Of a stretch of DNA of 64,000 bases, positions 1 to 11,194 are shown one piece after another. Source of the stretch: Heptranchias perlo. Its lineage: Eukaryota. Within the stretch, counting starts at the first letter, position 1. Each line of letters starts with the position of its first letter. The translations under genes were made by a program, and so were the position numbers. The notes beneath the pieces were generated by a model. The model had not been told where the DNA came from. It saw nothing but the letters and a program-made list of their open reading frames with translations, and searched no databases. The stretch is taken from NCBI RefSeq assembly GCF_035084215.1, contig NC_090340.1, positions 15,004,001-15,068,000 of the forward strand, in the 5' to 3' direction.

Positions 1-99
1 GGAGTCCCTTCCAGTCAAAACAGTCCAAGACCCCAGGGCTTGGAGATTTCCCTTTATTCGTCATCTTATGTTATTAGCTATGAATTAACCCAAACTCCT

Positions 100-375
100 G
101 TCCTCTGTGTACTTTGCCAATTCGGTTCGGCTCGAGTCTCCCGCTGACTCAACTGAGAGAATTATCCTCAGAGCCCCCTTGCCAAATTCGGTTCAACTCG
201 AGTCTCCCGCTGACTCCACGGAGAGATTTATCCTCAGAGCCGACCCAAATTCGGTTCGACTCGAGTCTCCCGCTGACTCAATGGAGAGATTTATGCTCAT
301 AGCCCACCCAAATTCGGTTTGACTCGAGTCTCCCGCTGACGCAACCGAGGGATTTATATCGAGTCTACCCAAATC
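100..375 (-). repeat. Tandem array of ~61-66 bp units in the leader/PBS position of an LTR element
   Basis: Core ttcggtt(cg)(a/g)ctcgagtctcccgctgac starts at 121, 187, 250 and 313. The variable 16-21 nt segments all end in CCA on + (start TGG on -). The array abuts the LTR end at 376. Confidence 0.9.
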
Positions 376-1122
376 TGTTGACCGGAGGTCACTGGTTACG
401 GTTACTGGCTTAGTACACAGAGGAGAAGATTCAATTCTCTCTTTATTCTCAATTCACTTTATTAACGTTATTAGATCATGTACATACAGCTTATATGTCT
501 GGTTAGATCTAGGCATGCAGTTTACAGCAGGTTATACAGTTTTATACTCATACTAGGATTTAAACGCACACCCACTACGTTTCTCTGACGAACACTCCCT
601 GAGTGGTCACAGAGTAGAAAGGATATTATATTACCCGGAAAGGAGAGCTGACGCTGGCCAGGCGTTCCGTTCTCTCTCTCTCGACGTGGTCTCTACGTCC
701 CTGACATAGCCTCTACGTCCCAGACGTCGGGTCTCCCACTTTCGCGATGGTTAGTCAACGGAGTTTCGCGCACAAACTGGCACCAAGCCTGCAATTCTTC
801 AATCTTATTTCCAAGTCTCTCTTTTCAAATGATGCTGTCTTCTCCTGTTGGCTCAGATTTGCTGGAGTGGTCGGTGTCATCCCCTGATTGGCTCTGTTCC
901 AAGGGGTTAGGTAGTATTAACTCATTACTCCTTTTCTAAATAAGGACTGGTGTCTCATCACAGCTCTTTTGTCCCTTAGAAGCGCAAATAATTCAAACCG
1001 GTTCTGGCCAGCTCAGACCAGTGACTGAACTCCCTGTCATTTCAGTTCAAAAGTTAGTCTCTTTGCCTGGGTGTCAGCAATTCGAAATAAACTCAGTAGT
1101 TTTCTGCAGCACCTGGCCAACA
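376..1122 (-). mobile_element. LTR (probable 5' LTR of an ERV1- or Gypsy-type element whose internal part runs off the window start)
   Basis: Termini TGTTGACCGG...CTGGCCAACA, AATAAA on the minus strand near 440-465, and clear homology to the solo LTR at 59292-60333. It interrupts a CR1. Confidence 0.8.
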
Positions 1123-1665
1123 CCGACTCTTTATTTTCTGTTAGTTAGCCAATCCTCTATCCTTGCCAGTAAATTACACCCAACACCATGAGCTCTTATC
1201 TTTTGCAGTAATCATTATGTGGCACCTTATCGAATGCCTTTTGGAAATCCAAATATACTGCATCCATTGGTTCCCCTTCCTCAAAGAACTCTAATAAATT
1301 TGTCAGACATGATTTCCCCTTCATAAAACCATGTGGACTCTCTTGATTGTTTACGAGTCTCCAAATGTCCTGCTACTACTTCCTTAATAATGGATTCTAG
1401 CATTTTCCCAATGACAGATGTTAGGCGAACTGGTCTATAGTTACTTGCTTTCTGTCTCACTCCCTTCTTGAATAGGGCTGTTACGTTTGCGGTTTTCCAA
1501 TCCACTGGGACGTTTCCAGAATCAATGAATTTTGGAAGATTACAACCAATGCATCCACTATCTCTGTAGCCACTTCCTTTAAGACCCTCGGATGCAAGCC
1601 ATCAGGTCCAGGAGAATTGTTAGCCTTTAGACCCATTAGTTTACCTGGTTTTTTTTCTCTAGTGA
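1123..1665 (-). mobile_element. CR1 LINE ORF2 fragment
   Basis: ORFs with SPGPDGLHPRVLKE and DWKTANVTALFKKG...NYRPVRLTSVIGKMLESIIK, typical of CR1 ORF2. Confidence 0.9.
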
Positions 1666-1689
1666 TAATGACAGTGATAGTAACAATCA

Positions 1690-4075
1690 TTAAGATAGTT
1701 CACGGAAAACTCCTGGAAAATATCAACAAAAACATAAAATTCATATTTTAATGTGAAATATAATTGAGAACCGATAGTAAAACCTGAAGTTATATCATCC
1801 GCTGCACAAATATTCTCAGCCAAACCTTATTTGCCTTCAAATTCCTGTATTTGATGTAAAAGCAAGAGGTTTATCTTTGTTATCTGATTATATTCCATAT
1901 TGTGCTTAATATTAATCACTTTATTTTTTGTTCCCATCATCAAATGGTTTTATTCGTTATTATTATCTAGCTTTCCTACAACACAACGATTACCAAGAGC
2001 TCCGTTCAAATTATCGGCTCTCGCCTTTCTCCCAATGCAGTTACCGATCCTGACCACCATTTTCGGCGATTCCCCGTGAAGAGTTCTGAAATTAAGTCTC
2101 TGGCCAACTTGTGTCCCTCACCCCTCCATGGCACAGCGGTTTGGAGTTGAAACTGTCTCTTGCATTTCAACTAAGCGGTGCCCACAACCTGGCTGCAGTT
2201 CAGCCGGTTACACCGTTTTTGTAACAAACTGATTGTCGAGTCAGACAATAGTGAATAAATCACCGCACGTCGATCTCCTATACTATTCAGTGACATTCAG
2301 TAATACAAAGGCGAACTTAATTATGACTTAACCATGAAGGCAGTGTTATCTGATTTCAAGGAGCGCCGATTGTTCCAGGCAGTAATATTCTCTGCACTTC
2401 AAAACCAGAAATCCTCACGGAATCGGATTAAAATAGTTTTGATTGCCCGTATTTGCAACAAAAGTTTCCACTTTGCAACATGATAAATGGAATGTCCGGC
2501 GACACAAAATCACTTTCCAAACCATTTGGTTGTGGGTGCACAACTAGTTTGAGTGAAGTGCTCTGAGTCTCCGGCCACTAATGGCTATAGATCATTGCTG
2601 ATCGCTACAGTCAAACACTCTCGGTACGATCTAAAATTGAAAATCATGTTCGGCACCATACCGACTGTAGAAATCTCTTTGAAACCACTGATATGGAAAC
2701 TCAGTGAATATTTTAATTATTCATTATGATAAAATTTCATTAATTCAAAGCTGAAAAAGAAGGCGTAACGGGACCGAACCGTTGTGAAAAGCCGGTACGT
2801 TCATTCATTCATTCCCGCAAAGGGTTCAATTATGCAGAAAGATTGATATCATGGAGATATTTAATCATAATCATGTCAGAACAATTTGCCTATTTCCTAA
2901 AAGTATTTGTTCCGCTTACCCGCTTAATGGGTCATACAAATCGTGTTCAGAAAAACATATTTGACGCCAGCGGGGAAGGATTTCACCCTCGGGGAGGAAA
3001 TAGTTTTTCGGAAAAGAAAAGCGAGCGCGGTGTAAAACGGGCGGCCGATTCGCTATCGCTCGTTTCGCGGTATCGCCGAAGGCCAATTTCACTCCCGCCC
3101 GGCGGCGCGTGGCTGTTGCAAATTATTAAATAGGAGGAAAGAAAACTGTCCGTTTAGTTAAAAATGCATCTAAGTAATAACTGTTTATAGATTCAATATT
3201 ATTTGTAATGGGGGAAAATAACTTAATGAATCAGTGTGCTGGAAGTAACGCTCATTTAAGCATTTCTTTATTATAAAATGAAGATTGACAGCTTTAAATA
3301 TTAGGTACAGTGATCACAGTAGTCACCGGTCTTAACATTCGCACGTATGTAGCTATATTAACTATGGTTTCTGCACTTTATTTCTAGCGTATGTTGCTCT
3401 GTTCAATGTTTAACCAGTAGTCTGTAAACTGGTGAAGGCAATGAACTAGCCACATAACAAAACATATACTTGGTTCACATCCAGGAAACAAAGGCTGAGA
3501 CAGTTGATACGCTGCAATAGGTTTGAGCAAAGCTCAGTAAACTCCAAGACGTAAATTTGCAGAGGAAAGGACTGTGTACCATCAGCCGGAGCTTGTAAGC
3601 GGAACAGGCGGTCACAGATCACCAGTGTAGCATCAACGTTGTGGTCATAACGGAAAATATAAGGTTGGTTGACCCTTGTGTATTGTAACTAACGCTGTTT
3701 GCGTGTTATTCTGATGATTGTTTTCGGCAGCAATCCACAAACGGGCAAAACGACCAATTAACAATATTTCCAAAGATGGGTTCACAGACCAAACAAGGGA
3801 CCGACACGACTCTGGAAGTGTCAAGCTCCAAACAAACGGAGAAACCCAAAATAAATACAGAATAACATATTCCAATATTATATCATTGATCGTGGGTGTA
3901 ATTATTTGTTATTGCTTAATCGTTTGAGGAATTTTCATTTATTTTCTTGTAATAAAAATGAACTTTCCTTGCATATTTTTGATCAATATGCACTATTTAA
4001 CAGATGCGAAATCTTTGCAACGATACGCTAATTGTTTTGCTGTACCTCGATATTATCATGCATAATTTCAATAAA
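1690..4075 (+). pseudogene. Receptor copy A, 3' part: post-C1 intron, TM exon deleted, cytoplasmic exon 1 (2751-2794), frameshifted ITIM exon (3485-3520)
   Basis: Colinear with 12980-15982. AG|ctgaaaaagaa...aagccg|GT reads AEKEGVTGPNRCEKP. CAG|gaaaca... reads ETKAETVDTLQ*, with YAAI and TVYHQ left in the shifted frame. AATAAA at 4070-4075. Upstream exons are not in the window. Confidence 0.75.
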
Positions 4076-5012
4076 AATATATGATCTACGATTTCTCTCT
4101 GTTCACCATTAATGATGATTCTTCTTCGCGAGTAAAACCGTGAAACCTGGGTTTTGACCGATGTGTTTCCTTACTGTATTCTGCCTTCCAGTCCAGGCGA
4201 TTCTCCTGATGTGGAAGGCAGGACGCTCCAGTCTATTGACTCGTCCATAAACCCACTGAACCCAGTTTGCAGTTGATGGAGCATGAGATGCCTTTCTCTG
4301 AACTCTGAATGAATATTCATTCCTATCCGAAACGATGCGCCCGGACAGTACCAGTTCACTTCTAAAGGTCCTAAGTAGTGAGAAAAGCCCGACGGAGCTG
4401 AATGCATTTTTATTGGAGAAAAGACTAAATTTATAGGGATTCAGGTCTTTCAAGTGTCGAAAGACTTGGATAATGTGGCAAAAAGCGGGTTTTATGGTTT
4501 TAATACGCAACTGGAGGCTCTGACTTACCAAGCCTCAAGAAAGAGAATAGAGTTAAAATCATTTGCCTCTTTTACTGTGGATGTCTGATCAACTGAGGGA
4601 TAACAACAGTTTGAAAGGTTAAACTATCAGATATTTCACAAGTAGATCACTTGAATTACAGGACGAGAACGAGCTGGTTACTGGAAGAACAGCAGCCCAA
4701 CAGTTCCAGTGACTAAGCCCTTTACTCAGAATTTAAAGATAATACAAGACGAAGTGAATCAGTTGCATTTTATTTACCTTAACTGTCCTGGTTTGATGAC
4801 TGTGTCCATCAACATGCATTTCAGAGTCCTAGAATGTTACAGCGCGGGAACAGTTCATTGGGCTTCTTAAGTCTGTACATTTTTTCTATCCATATGAAAC
4901 ATTTAACTTGTCCTACTTTTCTTTTGGATTCGCACTATCTTTGATATCCGTATTTCAAGCAGCTAATTCCATTCTAAAAGAAATCCTGGACTGTGTTTGT
5001 GGCAGAGAACTC

Positions 5013-8000
5013 CATATTGGCATAGGGTAAATAAGATCAGAGAGATGAATGCGTGGCTCAAGGGTTGGAGTGGGAGAAGTGGGTTTCGATTCATGGGGTA
5101 CTGGCACCAGTACTGGGGAAAGAGAGAGTCGTTCCGTTGGGATGCACCACACCTGAACCATGCTGGGACCAGAGTTCTAGCGAATCGAATGACTAGAGAG
5201 GTAGATCGGGCTTTAAATTAAATAAGGCGGGGTGGGGGTAGGGTCCAGGTGGAGATAAATCTACAATGCTAAAGAGAAAAGACAAAGAAGCAGTGCAGGA
5301 AAGTGATTGCGGTAAGGGTAACCAGATTGTGTCAGGAAGGGACAGAGTGTACAAACAAAAGAGTGCATTAACAAATAGGTCCGGCTAAGAAAAAATGGTA
5401 ATAAGACAAGTAGGGCCATAGTGCAAAACAATGTTAAGATGTCTAAAAACGATAAAACGACAAATGTAAAGGCACTGTATCTGAATGCACGAAGCATTCG
5501 TAATAGGGTAGACGAATTAACAGCGCAAATAGTTGTAAACGGATATGATATAATTGCAATTTCACAGATATGGCTGCATGGTGACCAAGGCTGGCAGCTG
5601 AATATCCAAGGGTATTCGATGTTTAGGAAGGACAGGCAAAAAGGAAAAGGAGGTGGGGTGGCGTTGTTAGTAAAGGATGAAATCAGAGCCATAGTGAGAA
5701 AGGATATTGGCTCAGAAAAGCAAGATGTAGAATCCGTCTGGCTGGAGTTAAGAAGCACCAAGGGGCAGAAAACACTGGTGGGAGTTGTCTATAGGCCTCC
5801 AAACAGTACTGGTAATGTAGAGGATGGCATCAAACAGGAAATTAGAGATGCATGTAACAAGGGTACTACAGTAATCATGGGTGACTTTAATCTACATATA
5901 GACTGGCCAAATCAAATTAGCAATAATACTGTGGAGGATGAATTCCTCGAGTATGGACGAGATGGTTTTTTAGACCAGTACCTTGAGGAGCCAACCAGGG
6001 AACAGGCTATCCTAGATTGGGTATTGTGCAATGAGAAGGGGTTAATTAATAATCTTGTTTTGCAGGGTCCTTTAGGGAAGAGTGACAATAACATGATAGA
6101 ATTCTTCATTAAGATGGAAAGTGAAGTAGTCCAATCCGAAACTAGGGTCCTATATCTAAATAAAGGAAACTACGAAGGTATGAGGAATGAGTTGGCCATG
6201 ATAGATTTGGAAGCTTCATTAAAAGGCATGACAGTGGATAGGCAATCGCTAACATTTATGGAACAAATGCATGAATTGCAATAATTATACATTCATTTCG
6301 GGTGCAAAAACACAAAAGGAAAATCGGCCCAAACATGGCTAACAAAATAAATTAAGGATAGTATTCGATCCAAAGAGGAGTCATATAAAGTTGCAAGAAA
6401 AGTATCAAGCCTGAGGATCAGGAGCAGTTTAGAATTCAGCAAAAACGGACCAAGAGATTGATTAAGACCGGAAAAATAGAGTATGAGGAAGCAAAATAAA
6501 AGTGGACTGTAAAAGCTTCTACAAGTACGTAAAAAGAAAAAGATTAGTGAAGACAAACGTAGGCCCCAAACAATCAAAAACGGGAGATTTTATAATGGGT
6601 TACAAGGAAATGGCAGAACAATTAAACAGAATCTTTGGTTCTGTCTTCATGGAAGAGTATACAAATAACTTCCCAGAAATATTAGGGAACTAAAGGTCTA
6701 GTGAGAAGGAGGAATTAAAGAAAATTAGTATTCGTAAAAAATAGTGCTGGAGAAATAAATGGGACTGAAAACCAATAAATCCCCAGGGCCTGATAATCTG
6801 CATCCCAGAGTACTAAAAGAGGTAGCCATGGAAATAGTGGATGCATTGGTTGTCATCTTCCAAAATTCTATAGATTATGGAACAGTTCCTGCAGATTGGT
6901 AGGTGGCAAATTAACACCACTATTTAAAAAGGAGGGAGAGAGAAAACAGGGAACTACAGACTGGTTAGTGTAACATCAGTAGTAGGGAAAATGCTAGATT
7001 CTATTTCCAAAGAATGTGATAACAGGACACTTGGAAAATATCAACGGGATTAGACAAAGTCAACATTGATTTATGAAAGGGAAATCATGTTTGACAAAAC
7101 TACTGGAGTTTTTTGAGTACGTAAGTGGTAGAATAGATAAGGGAGAACCAGTGGATGTGGTTTATTTGGATTTTCAGAAGGCCTTTGATAAAGTCCCACG
7201 TAACAGGTTAGTGTGCAAAATTAAAGCACATGGGATTGGTGGTAATATACTGGCATGGATTGAAAATTGGTTAACAGACAGGAAACAGAGAGTAGGAATA
7301 AATGGGTCTCTTTTGGGTTGGCAGAATTCAGTGCTTGGGCCCCAGCTATTCACAATATATATCAATGATTTGGAAGAGGGAACTAAATGTAATATTTCCA
7401 AGTTTGCTGATGACACAAAACTAGGTGGGATCGTGAGTTGTGAGTGTGATGCAAAGAGGGTTCAAGGCGTTTTAGACAAGTTGAGTGAGTGGGCAAATAT
7501 ATGGCAGATGCAGTATAATGTGGATAAATGTGAAGTTATCCACTTCGGAAGGAAAAACAGAAAGCAGCGTATTATTTAAATGTAGATAGATTGGGAAATG
7601 TGATGTACAAAGGGACCTGGGTGTCCTTGTACACCAGTCACTGAAAGCAAACATGCAGGTGCAGCAAGCAGTTAGGAAGGCAAATGGTATGTTGGCCTTC
7701 ATTGCAAGAGGATTTGATTAGAGTATCAAGGATGTCTTACTACAGTTATACAGGGCCTTGGTGAGACTAAACCTGGATTATTGTGTGTAGTTTTGGTCTC
7801 CTTACCTAAGAAAGGATATACTTGCCATAGAGGGAGTGCAGCGAAGGTTCACCAGACTGATTCTTGGGATCGCAGGACTGTCGTATGAGGAGAGATTGGG
7901 TTGACTCAGCCTGTATTCACTCGAGTGCAGAAGAATGAGAGGGGATCTCATTGAAAGATATGAAATTCTGACAGGTCTAGACAGACTGGATGCAGGGAGG

Positions 8001-8305
8001 ATGTTTCTCATGGCTGGGGGGTCCAGAACGAGGGGTCACAGTCTCAGTCTTTAGGACTGAGATGATGAGAGATTTCTTCACTCAGAGGGTGGTGAACCTA
8101 TGGAATTATTTACCACAGAAGGCTGTGGAGGCCAAGCCACTGAATATATTTAAGGAGATAGATACATTTCTGGACGCAAAAGGCATCAAGGGGTTTGGGG
8201 GGAGAGCAGGAATATGGTATTGAGATAGAGGATCAGCCATGATCATATTGAATGGCGGAGCTGTTTTGAAGGGCCGAATGGCCTACTCCTGCTCCTATAT
8301 TTCTA
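5013..8305 (+). mobile_element. CR1 LINE, 5'-truncated (ORF1 esterase C-terminus, ORF2 AP endonuclease + RT), decayed
   Basis: LYLNARSIRN..., VYRPP, MGDFN (endonuclease); YLDFQKAFDKVP, KFADDTKLGG (RT); CR1 3' UTR ggccgaatggcctactcctgctcc. The paralogous empty site lies at ~16990-17010. Confidence 0.95.
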
Positions 8306-10219
8306 CATTGCATTCTAACCAGCCTCTGTGTAGAGAGTATTTTACCTCTCCCTTTATTTTTTGAGATTATGTTCAATTTGTGGTCAGTCGTTACAGTCTC
8401 CTGACCACTGGAAACAATCTATCATTATTACCTTATCATCACGCCTCATGCTCTTGAAGACCTCTGTCAGGTCACTACTTAAATTTTTCAACTCAAGTGA
8501 AAGGTGTCCAAGCTTCTCAAATAATAACAACTCCACATTCCTAGTAATAAAGCCTGCCCCTTTTTCAATTGTTTTTATATCCTTCCTTAGCTTTAGAAAA
8601 GCTCTTACATCAGTTGAAGATTGTCTCCTTGAAATTGTATTCAATGCCACCAAATACAAAACCATGACATTCCCTTGCATCTTTATTGGACAATAAACTT
8701 CTGCTGCCATCAATCATTAAGGTAGCTTTGCTGCTCTCCATTTAAAATCCTATAATTTTAGTTGTATTTCCTATTCTTACTTCCAGAAATGTACTATTAC
8801 ACATTTCTCTGCATTCTCCATGGAACATCTATCTGCCCTTCCAATTAACTATCGACGTCGCCTGCAGGATTTCACAATCTGCATTAGGTGCTATCAGCAA
8901 ATTTTAATGTTGCTCCCTCAATTCCCCAGTCGAGATAATTAATCTTTATAATAAATATAAACAGCTCAACACAGACCCCGTGGAACATCTCTCGGCACAC
9001 CTTTCAACTCGGAGAAGCGTCCTTTTACCTTTGCACTTTGTTTTCTGTCCTCCAACCATCTCTGTATCCACGTGGCCACCTTGTCCTGACGTCCACGTGC
9101 GTTTGTGGTATGTGGTATCTTATCAAATACGTTTTGAAAATTCATACAATCTACATCTGCGACACTCTCTTTTTCTCTATTCTCTCTGTTATTTCTTCAA
9201 TTCATTCTTTGAATCAAGCGCAATCTGTTTTTTTTTCGAAACCTTACTGATTAGCTCAGGTTTCTGCAAGAACTTAACAGTTTTATGCGGACTGACGCAG
9301 GTCCTGCTAAATGCGAGTAGATGTGCAACTGTTTACCTGTCATTATGTTTCAGGTTGCTTCACATTCTATATTCTCATTTTGTAAAAATTCGTTGGCTTC
9401 GAGATGGAGATTAAGTCACCGTGGTGCAGATTATTTTGATAATTAGTTAACCGAAAGTGACACTTTCATGGGCAGTGATACAAAATTAACATTTGGGCGT
9501 TTTGTGTTCTGTGTCTTGCGTTCTGATGAAATGTAAGCTATCAACCGAAGTGTTCACCAGTCTGATTTTAGCTGCACCAGATGTTTTGCGATAAAGTGAC
9601 ACGAGCGAATCGTTTTCTCGAGCTAAATAAACAAACGGTTCAGTAGTTCAGCTCGAAGCACCAAATGCTCAAACTTTAAATTTAGCTCTGTTAATTCTAA
9701 CATCATCAAAACGCGCCGAGTGTCGAATAATGGTAGTTATTAAGCAACATGTTTCAATGTATTTGTGATAACATACGATATTCACATTTATCAGAGATAC
9801 GATTTCATATTTGCCTTTGTGACATCTGCTACCCTCATCAATAGTACAGTCTGAAATATATAGCCTCTTTAAGGCGCCATTCTTTCCGATTTCTTACATT
9901 ATATTAAGTGTAAGGTAAGCCGCAAAAGTATTTCCTAAATACATTTTCTGGCGCTGTATTTATTCATCGGTACACAAATACAGTGAAATTGGTTAAACCC
10001 ATGACACTCGGCATAATAACTTCGTGCATTGCAATACTGTAAGATTAATCACACGGGCTTCCAAATTGAAGTTCTAGATATTTTCGAAAATGTCAACAGA
10101 GTTCGGCTAAAATGAAGCGCATGTTATTTAGTTGCCCCATAATTGTAACTATTTATGTGACATGTTATGAAGAACGTTACTCATTCAAGTTGTTCCTATC
10201 ACAGTGTTTTACGCCTTAC

Positions 10220-10640
10220 GCCCCATCCACCACGCCAAACATTCACTCCCTTCACCACCGGCGCACTGTGGCTGCAGTGTGCACCATCCACAGGATGCAC
10301 TGCAGCAATTCGCCAAGGCTTCTTCGACAGCACCTCCCAAACCCGCGACCTCTACCACCTAGAAGGACAAGGCTAGCAGGCACATAGGAACAAGACCACC
10401 TGCACGTTTCCCTCCAAGTCACACACCATCCTGACTTGGAAATATATCGCCGTTCCTTCATCGTCGCTGGTTCAAAATCCTGGAACTCACTACCGAATAG
10501 CACTGTGGGAGAACCTTCACTAATGAACTGCAGCGGTTCAAAAAGGCGGCTCACCACCACCTTCTCAAGGGCAATTAGGGATGGGCAATAAATACTGGCC
10601 TTGCCAGCGACGCCCACATCCCATGAACAAATGAAAAAAA
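10220..10640 (+). mobile_element. 3' end of a second LINE family (CR1/L2/Crack group)
   Basis: NIHSLHHRRTVAAVCTIHRMHCSNSPRLLRQHLPNPRP followed by an A-rich tail. Same family as 37549-38322 and 54249-55918. Confidence 0.85.
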
Positions 10641-11194
10641 GAGCTCGAGATTAGAGGCGATAAAGGAGCAGATTTTGCTAATACTTTCTAATGCGGCATC
10701 TTGCAGCCCTGCTCCAAAAACATTAGGGCACTGGGCAAAGGGAAGAAGTCCGCATTCGGGATATCACATTAGAGGCAATTCCATATGGAATTCCTGCTGC
10801 TCGACCGCCCGGCAGCAGCAGTTCAGGAAGGGTAACTGGAAGACAGTAGTAACTGGAGAGTTATTTCCCTTTAAAATATTGAAGGAATATAAGATAAATC
10901 TGTTATGAATTTCTGTGTTAGAAGAAGCAGAATCGGTGGAATTGACACCCGTTTAGAGAAAGTAAAATGTTGGTAAGTGCAAAGTGATTGTGACACAGGC
11001 GACTGCACTGGTTGCTTAGGAACAAAACGGTCAGCAAATCTCACTTCACCAACGAAACCTATTTTCCGAACCTGCAGCTACAGGGGGTCGAACGTCATTG
11101 TGACGCATTTCAGATTAAATAATCAGCAGACCCTTCTTCTCATGGCAAACTCATGATCAGTGCAGTCTGTGATCAGAGTAATCTTTTACTCGTA

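Larger units (their letters stand above)
1690..10970 (+). repeat. Segmental tandem duplication unit, paralogous to 12980-20220
   Basis: Block-by-block similarity: 1690~12980, 2335~14265, 4950~16940, 8310~17000, 10112~18321 and 10680~19915, interrupted by copy-specific LINE insertions. Confidence 0.9.

Noticed and set aside
100-375. CRISPR array, or 21-aa repeat protein ORF 107-322
   Set aside because: Vertebrate context, no cas genes, and the variable segments are short and related to each other. The ORF just reflects a period divisible by three.
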